50,779 bases of DNA, taken from positions 1 through 50,779 of the forward strand of contig CAWKCA010000011.1 in the NCBI GenBank assembly GCA_963848005.1, written 5' to 3'. Below are positions 32,673 to 42,733 of this stretch, piece after piece; position 1 is the stretch's first letter; each line of letters starts with the position of its first letter. Source of the stretch: an uncultured Candidatus Rokubacteria bacterium (GTDB lineage Bacteria; Methylomirabilota; Methylomirabilia; Rokubacteriales; CSP1-6). The notes beneath the pieces are model-generated. The model saw only the letters and a program-made list of their open reading frames with translations. It was not told the DNA's origin and did no database searches. The position numbers and the translations under genes were made by a program.

Positions 32673-33200
32673 GTGATGCAGGCACTGATGGCCTTCAACC
32701 TCTGGGAATGGGTCGACAAGAACCGACACGCCTTCGAGCCGCCCGTCGGCAACAAGGTGATCTGGGAGGATTCCCAGTTCACCGCGATGATCATTCGCGG
32801 TCCCAACGCCCGGCGGGATTTCCACGTGGACCCGTCGGACGAGATCTTCTACATGCTCCGCGGCGATATGACTCTCGAGTTCATGCGCGAGGGCACGCGC
32901 CAGACGCAGGTCATTCGCGAGGGCGAGCTCTTGCTGGTCCCCGCTCTCGTGCCCCACTCCCCTCACCGGCCAGCCGACACCTGGGGGCTCGTGGTGGAGG
33001 TCAAGCGGCGTCCGGATCAGGTCGAATCGCTCCTGTGGTTCTGCGACCGCTGTGACGCCACGCTCCACGAGGTCACCATGCACGTGGCCGACATCGAGCG
33101 GGAGCTGAAGGCGGCCATCGAGGCGTTCGACACCAGCCTGGAGCTGCGCACCTGCCGGACGTGCGGCTATGTCCAGCCAGAGCGCCCGCCCGTCCCCTGA
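32673..33200 (+). CDS. 3-hydroxyanthranilate 3,4-dioxygenase (bacterial NbaC/HAAO type)
   Basis: Intact 175-aa ORF with a cupin metal site, the conserved region MLRGDMTLEFMREG..LLLVPALVPHSPHR, and a C-terminal rubredoxin-like CDRC...CRTC motif typical of bacterial HAAO. Confidence 0.8.
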   Translation: MMQALMAFNLWEWVDKNRHAFEPPVGNKVIWEDSQFTAMIIRGPNARRDFHVDPSDEIFYMLRGDMTLEFMREGTRQTQVIREGELLLVPALVPHSPHRPADTWGLVVEVKRRPDQVESLLWFCDRCDATLHEVTMHVADIERELKAAIEAFDTSLELRTCRTCGYVQPERPPVP

Positions 33201-33274
33201 CGTGGGGGGCCCCGATATGGCCCCCCACACCCCCCGACGCTCGGGGTTCCCCGGCAAAGCCGGGGCACCCCTCG

Positions 33275-33901
33275 TCAGGACGACTCGAACTGGTAGATCA
33301 GTGCCCCGAGCGGCTTGCGGCGGAAGGCGTTGCAGGCGTTGTGGATCTGCGGGCAGTTGGAGAAGGCCACCAGGACGTCCATCTCCGCCCGGAGATCGAT
33401 GTAGTCGCCCGCCTTGCTGCGCGGCGCCTGGATCGACCAGCACCCGTCCGGTCCGATCGGGCAGTTCATGAACACGTTCAGGTTGAAGGGGACGTCCTGG
33501 GGCGCGAGCCCCCACGGCTTGACGGCGGCGGCCAGGTTGTCGCGGCAGTTGAGCGTGTCCTTCACGCCGTAGCGACGCTCGTTCATGAACCGACTGCACG
33601 CGCCGGCGAGCAGATCGTGCACCCCGCACGTGTCGGCGATGATCGTCATCATCGCCTGGGCCCGATCGGACCACAGCGCCGTCCCCACGCGAGGATAGAC
33701 GTGCCGGTTGAGGCTGATGGTGTTCACGATCGACAGGCGCTCCCCGAGATCGGCCAGGGCGAAGCAAATGAAATCCGCCACCTGCTGGCCCTCGACGTCC
33801 ACGATGCGCAGAACTTGCCCCGCGCGCAGCTCGGCGGCAAAGTGCCCGGCGGGGGCGATGGTTTCCTCACGCAGTGGGTTCCGGGCTACCGGGGTGCTCA
33901 T
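33275..33901 (-). CDS. DUF1989 (urea-carboxylase-associated-like) family protein
   Basis: Intact 208-aa ORF. Family assignment is from recognisable conserved blocks and is only moderately confident. Confidence 0.5.
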   Translation of the reverse strand: MSTPVARNPLREETIAPAGHFAAELRAGQVLRIVDVEGQQVADFICFALADLGERLSIVNTISLNRHVYPRVGTALWSDRAQAMMTIIADTCGVHDLLAGACSRFMNERRYGVKDTLNCRDNLAAAVKPWGLAPQDVPFNLNVFMNCPIGPDGCWSIQAPRSKAGDYIDLRAEMDVLVAFSNCPQIHNACNAFRRKPLGALIYQFESS

Positions 33902-34120
33902 GCTCGCGTCCTCCTCCGCCCGCGGTTCGACGAAGCACGCCGATGAGGCACGCGCGGGACACCCGGACGCTAGCGGGCAGGCTTCGGACTGTCAAGGCGC
34001 CACGGGGACCCTTTTACACTGTTCGTCGACGAGGTAGACTCGCGGCTACCGGATCGGGCCAAAGGGGGTGTGCTCATGATCCGAATCGCTCCTCGACTTC
34101 TCGTGTTCAGGTTCTCGTGT

Positions 34121-34541
34121 TCATGGCCCTTGCCCTTCTCATCGCCTGCCAGACGCAGCCCCGTCAGACGGACCAGACTGGCCAAGGAGCGCCGGCTCCG
34201 CCTCCGAGTTCGAGTCCCCCTGCAGCCACAGCTCCGCCTCCGCCGGCTGCGCCAACATCCCGCCCGTTGTGTCGCCGACACCTCTGCCCTCGCCCGCACC
34301 CCAGCGCCAGGAACCTCAGCCCAAAGCTACCGCGGACGCTCCCTCGCGTCTGTTCGTCAGTGTGGCAAAAGCCAACCTGCGCGCCGGCCCTGATACGAAC
34401 TCCAAGATTCTCGCCGTGCTTCCCAAGGGCACGAAGCTCGAGGTAGTCAGCAAGGCGAATCAATGGTATCGAGTGCGGCTCGACAGTGGAACGGAAGGGT
34501 GGATCGCGGAATCGGTCGTGACGTCGACCCGCTCTGACTGA
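34121..34541 (+). CDS. Lipoprotein with Pro/Ala-rich linker and C-terminal SH3b domain, one frameshift near 34260
   Basis: Signal plus lipobox MALALLIAC. The SH3_3-like block is ANLRAGPDTNSKILAVLPKGTKLEVV..WYRVRLDSGTEGWI. Confidence 0.5.
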
Positions 34542-34847
34542 GCTCGTGCTCCTCCCTCGCGGGTTGCCGGGTGTGAGACCCTGGGGTTTGCGTCAAGAGA
34601 TCCCAGGAGGTGGTCGTGAACCGATCGATTCTCGTGTGGCTGGGCCTGATGTTGGTGGCGGTGTTGCTCGCGCGCTGAACCCCTCCATCGCGATTCATCC
34701 CCGGAGAAGGTGCTCCGGCTCGCCAGGGCCGGTCGTCCCGAACACACCGAACTCGCCAGCTCGCCTGACTTCTGGTCAGCCTGCCGCGCCCTGGAGTACG
34801 ATGCGGCAAGTTCGACGAGCCCGCGGGCCCGAGACAGGATGTGGAGC

Positions 34848-36551
34848 ATGCCCTACGACCTGGTGATCAAGAACGGCACGGTGATCGACGGATCCGGTCT
34901 GCCTCGCTACCGTGCCGATGTCGGCGTCCGACACGGCCGCATCGCGGCCCTCGGGCGCATTCGCGAGCGGGCGCGCGAGGTGATCGACGCGGACGGCCAG
35001 GTGGTGACCCCCGGCTTCGTGGACGGTCACACCCACATGGACGCGCAGGTCTTCTGGGATCCGCTCGGCACCTGCTCGTGCTGGCATGGCGTGACCACCG
35101 TGGTCATGGGCAACTGCGGATTCACCCTCGCCCCCTGCGGCAAGGCCGAGCGCCATCTCGTGGTGCGCAATTTGGAGCGCGCCGAGGACATCGCGGCCGA
35201 GGCCATGGACGCGGGAATCGAGTGGACGTGGACGACGTTTCCGGAGTTCCTCGACCGCGTGGAGTCGCTCCCCAAGGGCATCAACTACGCGGGCTACGTC
35301 GGCCACTCCGCCCTGCGCACCTTCGCGATGGGCGAGCGAGCCTTCGAGCAGGCGGCGAGCGAGGACGACCTGCGCGCCATGGAGCGCGAGCTGCGTGACG
35401 CCATCCGCGCCGGCGCCATCGGCTTCACGACCTCGCGCTCGCCGAGTCACGAGACCCCCGATCGGCGACCGGTGGCCAGCCGCCTGGCCACCTGGGACGA
35501 AGTCCGGCGGCTGGTGGGCGTCATGGGCGACATGAACGCCGGCATCTTCGAGCTGGCGGGCGAGCGCTTCGGCGGCGATGCGAAAGCTCTCCGCGAGTAC
35601 CACGTGCGGCTGCGCGACCTGGCCGTGGAGACGGGACGCCCCATCACGTGGGGCCTGTTCAGCCGGCGCGAGGATCCGGATCTCTGGCGCGTCTACCTCG
35701 GCCTGCTCGAGGAGACGGCGGCGGCCGGCGGCCGCATGTTCGCCCAGGTGCACAGCCGGGCGCTCACCGTGGTGCTGTCCTTCCTGACCAGCCTGCCCTT
35801 CGATCGGCTGCCGGTGTGGAAGGAGCTGCGGGCCCTGCCCCTCGCCGAGCAGCGGCAGCGGCTGCGCGACCCGGAGCTGCGCCGGCGTCTGGTCGCGGCC
35901 GCCCGCGAGCGCGACGAGCGCCGCCCCATCGGCGCCGAGCCGCGGCCCGCCGTCTACGAGTGGATCTTCGTGATGGACAGCGCGGAGGGACCGCATCGCT
36001 CGGTGGCGGAGATCGCCCGCGAGCGCGGCGTGGATCCCGTCGAGGCGATCATCGATCTCGCTCTCGAAAAGGACCTCGAGCGCTTCTTCCTCCAGCCCAT
36101 CGCCAACGAGAACCAGGACCACGCCCTCGAGCTGATGAAGCACCCGCGGACCGTCGTGACGTTCTCGGATTCCGGCGCGCACGTCTCGCAGATCATGGAC
36201 GCCTCGCTGCAGACGCACCTGCTCAGCCACTGGGTGCGCGCGAAGCAGGCCTTTACGCTGGAGCAAGCGGTGCGCATGCTGAGCTTCGTCCCGGCCACGC
36301 AGTGGGGTTTCGCCGATCGGGGCCTGATCCGCGAGGGGATGGCCGCCGACCTTCTCGTCTTCGATCCGGATACGATCGCCCCGGAGATGCCCGAGGTGGC
36401 GCGCGATCTGCCCGCGGGGGCGCGGCGTCTCGTCCAGCGATCGCGTGGCATTGCCGCCACCGTGGTGAACGGCGAGATCGTGCTGCGCGACGGCAAGCCC
36501 ACCGGCGCGCTGCCCGGCCAGCTTCTGCGCGGTGCTCTCGCCCGGAGGTAG
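34848..36551 (+). CDS. N-acyl-D-amino-acid deacylase (D-aminoacylase) family amidohydrolase
   Basis: Intact ORF. N-terminal YDLVIKNGTVIDGSG and the metal-binding PGFVDGHTHMD motif are present. Confidence 0.8.
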   Translation: MPYDLVIKNGTVIDGSGLPRYRADVGVRHGRIAALGRIRERAREVIDADGQVVTPGFVDGHTHMDAQVFWDPLGTCSCWHGVTTVVMGNCGFTLAPCGKAERHLVVRNLERAEDIAAEAMDAGIEWTWTTFPEFLDRVESLPKGINYAGYVGHSALRTFAMGERAFEQAASEDDLRAMERELRDAIRAGAIGFTTSRSPSHETPDRRPVASRLATWDEVRRLVGVMGDMNAGIFELAGERFGGDAKALREYHVRLRDLAVETGRPITWGLFSRREDPDLWRVYLGLLEETAAAGGRMFAQVHSRALTVVLSFLTSLPFDRLPVWKELRALPLAEQRQRLRDPELRRRLVAAARERDERRPIGAEPRPAVYEWIFVMDSAEGPHRSVAEIARERGVDPVEAIIDLALEKDLERFFLQPIANENQDHALELMKHPRTVVTFSDSGAHVSQIMDASLQTHLLSHWVRAKQAFTLEQAVRMLSFVPATQWGFADRGLIREGMAADLLVFDPDTIAPEMPEVARDLPAGARRLVQRSRGIAATVVNGEIVLRDGKPTGALPGQLLRGALARR

Positions 36552-36622
36552 CGACGATCAGCCGCTGACCGAGGCCAGCATCGAGCGCGAGCCGGTATCA
36601 CGCCGGCCCGGCTGAGCACCGG

Positions 36623-37753
36623 TCAGGCCGTCTCGGCGAGAACCCGATGGAGGACCGACTGCACGGCCCGGCCCGTCCCGTCCCAGGAGAACAGGCCGGC
36701 CCGCCTACGCCCGCGCTCGCTCAGCGCCTGGGCGAGGTCGGAATCGGTGAACACGCGCACGATGGCGTGGGCCAGGGCCTCGGTATCGAGCGGGTCGATG
36801 AGCACCGCCGCGTCGCCCACGACCTCGGGAAGCGAGGACGTGTTCGACGTGATCACCGGGGTCCCGCAGGCCATGGCCTCGAGCGCGGTGAGGCCGAAGC
36901 CCTCGTGAAGCGACGGCAGCAGCAGCATCGAGGCGTGCTGGTAGAGCCGGCCCAACTCGTCGGCGCTGGCATAGGATTCCCACTCGACCCGCGGCCAGAG
37001 CCCGAGGTCGGCGATGCGCGCGCGGAGCGCACGCACGTGGAGGCCGCGCCCCGCCCCCCGGATCACCAGGCGGCCCGGAATCTGTCGGGCGGCGATGGCG
37101 AAGGCCTCCACCAGACGGTGCAGGTTCTTGTGGGGCATGACGTTGCCGACGTACAGCGCGTAGGGCGACTCGTCCGAGGGAGCATGCGCGCGCTCCCGGG
37201 AAAATCGTCGCGCGTCGTACCCCGAGAGCACGACGTGCACCCGGTCGGGGACGATCTCGGGATAGAACCGGACGAGGTCCCGGCGCGTGCTCTCGGAGAT
37301 CACGATGACCGCGCGGGAGTGACGGAGCACCGCGGGCACGAAGTGGCGGAAGTAGTGCTGTTGCCGCGGATACTCCTCGGGATAGAGCAGCGGCAGCAGA
37401 TCGTGGACGATGGTCACCTGGGGTACGGGAGGGCGTACCAGCCCTTCCGGCATCATGTTCAGCAGGAGCTTCGGGCGCTCCCGCCGCACCAGGCGGCGCA
37501 GGCCCGTTTGCGTCCACAGGAGCCGCCGCAGGTGGCCGCGCGCGCCCCGCTCCGGGCGGACCGCAGCGGGGACCGGGACGACCGTGGCGTGGCGGGCGGC
37601 CACGAGGTCGGGACGGGAGGTAAACACGCAGAGCAATTCCCCCAGCTCGTCGAGCGCGGTGATGAGGTACAGCGCGTAGAAGCCGAGGCCGGTCGGCTGC
37701 TCGCCCACGATGGACGCGTTGACGGCGATCCGGGCCCCCGCCCTCACCGCCAC
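36623..37753 (-). CDS. Glycosyltransferase family 4 (GT4, RfaG-like)
   Basis: Intact 376-aa ORF with the C-terminal GT4 motif region (EGFGLTALEAMACGTPVI). Confidence 0.8.
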   Translation of the reverse strand: MAVRAGARIAVNASIVGEQPTGLGFYALYLITALDELGELLCVFTSRPDLVAARHATVVPVPAAVRPERGARGHLRRLLWTQTGLRRLVRRERPKLLLNMMPEGLVRPPVPQVTIVHDLLPLLYPEEYPRQQHYFRHFVPAVLRHSRAVIVISESTRRDLVRFYPEIVPDRVHVVLSGYDARRFSRERAHAPSDESPYALYVGNVMPHKNLHRLVEAFAIAARQIPGRLVIRGAGRGLHVRALRARIADLGLWPRVEWESYASADELGRLYQHASMLLLPSLHEGFGLTALEAMACGTPVITSNTSSLPEVVGDAAVLIDPLDTEALAHAIVRVFTDSDLAQALSERGRRRAGLFSWDGTGRAVQSVLHRVLAETA

Positions 37754-38059
37754 CCGCTCATGTGTCGAGCCACACCTCCTGCATGCGCCCCCAGTTGTAG
37801 AGCGAGTGGTGCGGGACCAGGTTCTTCACGTGAGGCCGTATCCCCCTTGGCCTCGGTCGCCCTCCGGGCGCCCTGAGCGCAGAGAATCTACCACACGGTC
37901 TGCACGCGATCGGCGAGGGGGCCGACGCGCTGACACTCACGTGCGCTGCTCACGTCGCATCGCCCCGCCGCACCGGCGCTGGACCGCTGACGGGGATCGG
38001 CGGTAGGATGTCGCCCGTCAAGCTCTCGTCGCGACGATTCGCGAGTAAAGGAGTGCGTC

Positions 38060-39209
38060 ATGCCAGATCGCCTCATCTCCGGCGACAACCACATCGACCT
38101 CACCTACCTGCCGCCCGACCTGTGGTCGTCGCAGGCTCCGGCCAAGTGGAAGCTGCTGGTGCCCCGCGTGGAGGAGCTGGAGGACGGCCTCCACTGGTTC
38201 GTGGAGGCGCAGGACAAGGGGATGTGGAACGGGGTGGGGCCCGGGTTCCTCAAGTATCAGCGGGGCATGTTCGGCCACATCGACGAGATGAAGGACATCG
38301 GCTTCGAGTGGGACAACCGTCCGGGCGCCAAGCCCCGGCCCACCACAGCCCGAGCTGCGGCTGGCCGACCTCGATCGCGACGGCATCCAGGCGGAGATCA
38401 TCTACGGCTGCCTGATGATCAACGACCTCATCGACACCGGCGAGCGGCGCGCCTGGGCGGACAAGATCTACAACGACTGGGCCGCGGACTTCGCCAAGCG
38501 CTCCGACCCCGACCGGGTCTTCCCGCTCGCCATCATCCCCAACAACGACCCCATCGAGGCCGCCGCCGAGGTGCGGCGCTGCGCCAAGATGGGGCTGCGC
38601 GGCGGCGATCTGGCCTTCAAGCGCATGACCCCGCCCCTCTATCACGACGGCTGGTACCCCCTCTGGGAGGCGGCCGCGGAGTGCCGTTTCCCGATCTCCT
38701 TCCACTCCACGGGCTTCAAGGGGCTGCGCGCGCCGGACACTCCGCAGATGGAGCAGGAGTACCTGACGCAGTGGCGCCTGGTGCGGTCGGCCCTGTTCCA
38801 GCTCGACACCATGGAAGTGCTCGTGTCGGTGATCGCCTCGGGGGCCTGCGAGAAGTACCCCGACTTCAACTTCGTCCTCGGCGAGTCGGGGGTGACCTGG
38901 CTGCCCTACGTGTTCGACCGCCTGGACACCGAGTACAACGACCGGGCGCGCGCCCTGGGCTTCTCCCTGAAGCCCAGCGACTATTTCCGGCGCCAGGGCT
39001 ACGTCACGTATCAGCAAGACCAGTACCTGGAGCCGATCATCCCGCTCATCGGCGAGGACACCATCATCTGGGGCGCCGACTATCCGCATCCCGACTGCAT
39101 CTGGCCCAACTCGCAACAGACGCTCCAGAAGAACCTCGCCGGCGTGCCGGACCGCGTCCGTCGAAAGATCACCTCGGAGAACGTGACCCGGCTCTACCAC
39201 CTGTCCTGA
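38060..39209 (+). CDS. Amidohydrolase-2 (PF04909, ACMSD-like) family metal-dependent hydrolase, one frameshift near 38335
   Basis: N-terminal ISGDNHIDL and a C-terminal WGADYPHPD motif are present. The body is in frame 38415..39209. Confidence 0.7.
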
Positions 39210-39313
39210 TCGGCCCTCGCCCCGCGCGGCCTCGGCCGCGCGGGGCACCTCACCGAACGGCGCGCATCGCGTCGCATGGCCTGACCATCGCTCTGGTACG
39301 CTGAGGCACCTGA

Positions 39314-40210
39314 ATGGAACGGCGACGGCTCGGCAAGACGGACATGGTGGCGAGCGTGCTCGGCTTCGGCGGCTCCGAGATCGGCTACGAAAGGGTGGCC
39401 CTCAAGGCGGTGACGCGGTTGCTCGGCAGCGCGCTGGACGCCGGCCTCAACGTGATCGACACCGCGGAGTGCTACGACGAGAGCGAGACGCTCATCGCCC
39501 GAGCCGTCGGCGCGCGGCGGCGGGAGTTCTACCTCTTCACCAAGTGCGGTCACGCCGAAGGCTGGGGGCGCGCGGAATGGCGTCCGGCCCCCCTCCTCTC
39601 CAGCATCGAGCGAAGCCTTCGCCGGCTGCAGACCGACGTCCTGGATCTGATCCAGCTGCATAGCTGCTCGCTCGCCGAGCTGCGGCGGGGCGATGCCATC
39701 GAGGCCCTGGAACAGGCGCGGGCGCGGGGCTGGGTCCGCTACATCGGCTACAGCGGAGATGGTGAAGCGGCGCGCTACGCGGTGGAGTGCGGCCGCTTCG
39801 ACACACTCCAGACCTCCGTCAGCATCGCGGACCAGGAGGCCATCGAGCTGACCGTGCCTCTGGCGCGGGAGCGGCAGATGGGCGTGATCGCCAAGCGGCC
39901 GCTGGCCAACGCGGCCTGGCGATACGCGCGCAAGCCCGCCGAGTCGTACCACCAGACCTACTGGTCACGCCTGCGGGCGCTGGACTATCCTTTCCTGCGC
40001 GACTCGCCCGGCACCGCGGTGGCCACGGCGCTGCGCTTCACGCTCGGCGTGCCGGGCGTCGACACGGCCATCGTGGGGACGACGAAGCCCGAGCGATGGC
40101 AGGAGAACGCGGCCCTGCTGGAGACCGGGCCGCTGGGCGCCGGCGAGGTCGAGCGCATCCGCGCGCGGTGGCGCGAGGTGGCCGACCGGTCATGGGTCGG
40201 ACAGGTGTGA
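39314..40210 (+). CDS. Aldo/keto reductase
   Basis: Intact 298-aa ORF with AKR motifs (GFGGSEIG, IDTAECYDESE). Confidence 0.8.
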   Translation: MERRRLGKTDMVASVLGFGGSEIGYERVALKAVTRLLGSALDAGLNVIDTAECYDESETLIARAVGARRREFYLFTKCGHAEGWGRAEWRPAPLLSSIERSLRRLQTDVLDLIQLHSCSLAELRRGDAIEALEQARARGWVRYIGYSGDGEAARYAVECGRFDTLQTSVSIADQEAIELTVPLARERQMGVIAKRPLANAAWRYARKPAESYHQTYWSRLRALDYPFLRDSPGTAVATALRFTLGVPGVDTAIVGTTKPERWQENAALLETGPLGAGEVERIRARWREVADRSWVGQV

Positions 40211-40245
40211 GGCAGCGACGCTGAACATCACGTGAGGAGGGAACC

Positions 40246-40563
40246 ATGCTGGCGATCTGGGTGAAGGTCCGCATCAAGCCGGGGGAGCGGGAGCGGTTCT
40301 TGAAGGCCATCGAGGTGGACGCCCTTGGCTCGGAGAAGGACGAGCCCGGCTGTCTGCGCTTCAACGTCCTCCAGGACGCGAAGGACGACAACGTCTACTA
40401 CTTCTACGAGGTCTACAAGGACGAGGCGGCCCTGGAGGCCCATCGGGCCGCGCCCCACTACGCCGTCTGGCGCGCCGCCGCCGACTCCCTGGATGGACCG
40501 ACGGAGCCGGTCCGCTGCAAGCCCGTCTTCCCGGCCGCCCGCCCCTACTGGGGAAAGGTCTGA
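40246..40563 (+). CDS. Antibiotic-biosynthesis-monooxygenase (ABM) domain protein
   Basis: 105-aa ORF with an ABM ferredoxin-like fold signature (CLRFNVLQD...YYFYEVYKDEAALEAH). RBS GAGGAGGG lies upstream. Confidence 0.7.
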   Translation: MLAIWVKVRIKPGERERFLKAIEVDALGSEKDEPGCLRFNVLQDAKDDNVYYFYEVYKDEAALEAHRAAPHYAVWRAAADSLDGPTEPVRCKPVFPAARPYWGKV

Positions 40564-40851
40564 CGTTCGCACTCCGGGGCACTCTCAGCCGGCGGCGCGC
40601 GCACGGCCCGCCGCCGTGCCGAGCTTCGCGGACCGGATGGTTCCCATCGCGAGCCACCGCGCCGCCTCCCAGCTCAGACCGAGCGAGATAGGCGGCGCGG
40701 CGGCGCCGCCCATCCCCGCAACGCCGGACCAGCTCCGAAAGCGCAAGATGCTGAAAGGAAAGGGCAGGGGGCAGGAATGGACATCGAGGCCCGGCCACGA
40801 TAGGCGCCAGACAACCTCGCGGTCCCCGCGCTACGCAGGTCAGCCTATCCA

Positions 40852-41349
40852 GTGGCCGAATTCAAGTTCGGCAGATCAAGGGCATCTCCGTACGCGAAAC
40901 GAAGGCCCGAACGGGAGGCGGCATTGACGCAGAAAGACTTCTTCGCAATCCTCGGCGCTCCGCTCGTCAATCCGCGCTGGTCCTGGGGTGCCGTCAGGAA
41001 GTCTGACGGTGCCGTCATTCTTCGAGTCTGGAAAGACGACCTACGAGCCCACAACGGCCGCGACTTCGTCCGGATCAACTGGAAGTCTCGGCGCGCCACT
41101 GATCGGGTCAGCCACGGCCGTCGCGAAAGAGTGGAGCACGTGGAACGCATCATGGGTGGTGCACCGTCCTACCTGATCATGTGCGAGGCCGAAGATCCAC
41201 GCGCGAAGCCACGTCGGGTCAAGCGGTTCAACTCTGAGGAGATCTTCCCTGGTGGCGCGGTGCAAGAACTCGATGACGGCTGGTGGGTGGAGATCCGGTC
41301 TGGCCTGCCAGTCGCCCAGTTTACGAAGGGAAGGACACGCCGTCGATGA
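40852..41349 (+). CDS. Hypothetical protein (no family recognised)
   Basis: Stop-free 165-aa frame in a locally lower-GC stretch. Codon use is protein-like but not recognised. Confidence 0.3.
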   Translation: MAEFKFGRSRASPYAKRRPEREAALTQKDFFAILGAPLVNPRWSWGAVRKSDGAVILRVWKDDLRAHNGRDFVRINWKSRRATDRVSHGRRERVEHVERIMGGAPSYLIMCEAEDPRAKPRRVKRFNSEEIFPGGAVQELDDGWWVEIRSGLPVAQFTKGRTRRR

Positions 41350-41470
41350 ACCTGAGCGGCATCGCCACGGCCAACCGATACGCGGGGGGCTTAGGAGGGA
41401 GGACCGAGTGGCGTGGTTTCAGTGCAGGCGCGGCCAGACGCAAATCGTGACACGTCGCCAAGAGCCGACT

Positions 41471-41553
41471 GCCGAACATCACGCTCCAGCGGTCCGGCGG
41501 GCTCGCGTTGCTCGCTCGCCGGCCGCTGAGCGTGGGCGTTCGCCGCACAGACA
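41471..41553 (+). promoter_or_regulatory. Conserved ~80-nt upstream element, copy A (upstream of SBP1)
   Basis: GCCGAACATCACGCTCCAGCGGTCCGGCGGGCTCGCGTTGCTCGCTCGCCGGCCGCTGAGCGTGGGCGTTCGCCGCACAGAC. It contains the inverted repeat CAGCGG..CCGCTG and the boxes GCGTTGCTCG / GGCGTTCGCCG. Confidence 0.6.
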
Positions 41554-41611
41554 GAGGGCTCAGGCGTGAAGTGCGCCGGCGGCCGCCGTCGGCAACGAGG
41601 TTGCGAGATCG

Positions 41612-42628
41612 ATGAACCCACTGCTTCACCCAGCTAATCGTCTCCTGGGTGCGTATCGGAGTTGGAGCATCCATCTCGGCGCCCTCGCTCTTGCTCTCAT
41701 TTTCCTGGCCGCGTCGCTCGCCGCCACGGCCCAGCAACTGCCACGGAAGGTCGGGTTTTTGGGCGACGTGCCTCCGTTCATCGACGAGGCATTCCGGCAA
41801 GGGCTCCGTGAGCTGGGCTACGTCGAAGGTCAGAACATCGCGATCGAGCATCGGGCTCCCGATTGGAAGTATGAGCGGCTACCGGCGCTCGCTGCCGAGC
41901 TCGTTCGCCTCAAGGTGGACGTCATCGTTGCCGCATCCCCGCCCGCTACGGAGGCCGCCAAACAGGCGACCAGCACGATCCCTATTGTCTTCACTGTCTC
42001 CGGCGACCCCGTCGCTGAGGGATTTGTCGCCAGCCTTGCCCGGCCCGGCGGCAACATCACCGGGCTGGCCACCATTAGCCCGGAGCTGGTGGGAAAGCAG
42101 TTGGAGATGCTCAAAGCGATCGCCCCCAAAGTCTCCCGGGTGGCCGTTCTTCATAACCCGGACCAGCGGGCGCACCCGCGCGCCTTGCGACAGGCAGAGG
42201 ATGCCGCACGGTCCCTCGGGGTGCAGCTTCAAATCCTCGGAGCGCGCACTCCTTCCGAGATCGAGGCAGCGTTCGCAGCGATGATCAGCCAGCGCGCGGG
42301 CGGTGTCCTCGTCCTGCGGGATGCGGTGTTCCGTGCGCAGCGAGCCCAGATCACCGCCCTCGCCGCCAAGAGCCGCCTCCCGGCAATGTACGGGCTCAGG
42401 GAGGAGGCGGAGGCAGGCGGCCTTATCGCCTATGGAGCGAGCGTTCCTCAGCTGTTCCGACGCGCCGCACTCTACGTCGATAAGATCCTCAAGGGCGCTC
42501 AGCCTGCCGACCTTCCCGTCGAGCAGCCGACGAAGTTCGAGCTCGTGATCAACATGAAGACCGCGAAACGGCTGGGCGTGACGGTTCCGCAGTCATTGCT
42601 GCTCCAAGCGGATCAGGTGATCGAATGA
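41612..42628 (+). CDS. ABC_sub_bind-type (PF04392-like) orphan substrate-binding protein, paralog 1
   Basis: Intact ORF with a signal peptide and the C-terminal signature LPVEQPTKFELVINMKTAKRLGVTVPQSLLLQADQVIE. Confidence 0.75.
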   Translation: MNPLLHPANRLLGAYRSWSIHLGALALALIFLAASLAATAQQLPRKVGFLGDVPPFIDEAFRQGLRELGYVEGQNIAIEHRAPDWKYERLPALAAELVRLKVDVIVAASPPATEAAKQATSTIPIVFTVSGDPVAEGFVASLARPGGNITGLATISPELVGKQLEMLKAIAPKVSRVAVLHNPDQRAHPRALRQAEDAARSLGVQLQILGARTPSEIEAAFAAMISQRAGGVLVLRDAVFRAQRAQITALAAKSRLPAMYGLREEAEAGGLIAYGASVPQLFRRAALYVDKILKGAQPADLPVEQPTKFELVINMKTAKRLGVTVPQSLLLQADQVIE

Positions 42629-42651
42629 CGGACAAGCGGTAGTGGCGCGCA

Positions 42652-42733
42652 GGGCGTCGAACTTCAGCTTCCAGCGGACGGCGCCTCGCGTTGCTCGGTG
42701 CCGCCGCTGAAGCTGGCGTTGGGCTTCGCGACG
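42652..42733 (+). promoter_or_regulatory. Conserved upstream element, copy B (upstream of SBP2)
   Basis: GGGCGTCGAACTTCAGCTTCCAGCGGACGGCGCCTCGCGTTGCTCGGTGCCGCCGCTGAAGCTGGCGTTGGGCTTCGCGAC. Confidence 0.6.

Noticed and set aside
38060-39209. Calling the amidohydrolase-2 gene specifically ACMSD (aminocarboxymuconate-semialdehyde decarboxylase) to complete an nba/kynurenine pathway.
   Set aside because: Only family-level motifs are visible and PF04909 has many non-ACMSD members. The gene is 5 kb away and transcribed separately. Kept as family-level annotation.
40325-40927. 200-aa Ser/Thr/Arg-rich ORF.
   Set aside because: It overlaps the 3' end of the ABM gene and the intergenic region, is low complexity, and has no recognisable domain.
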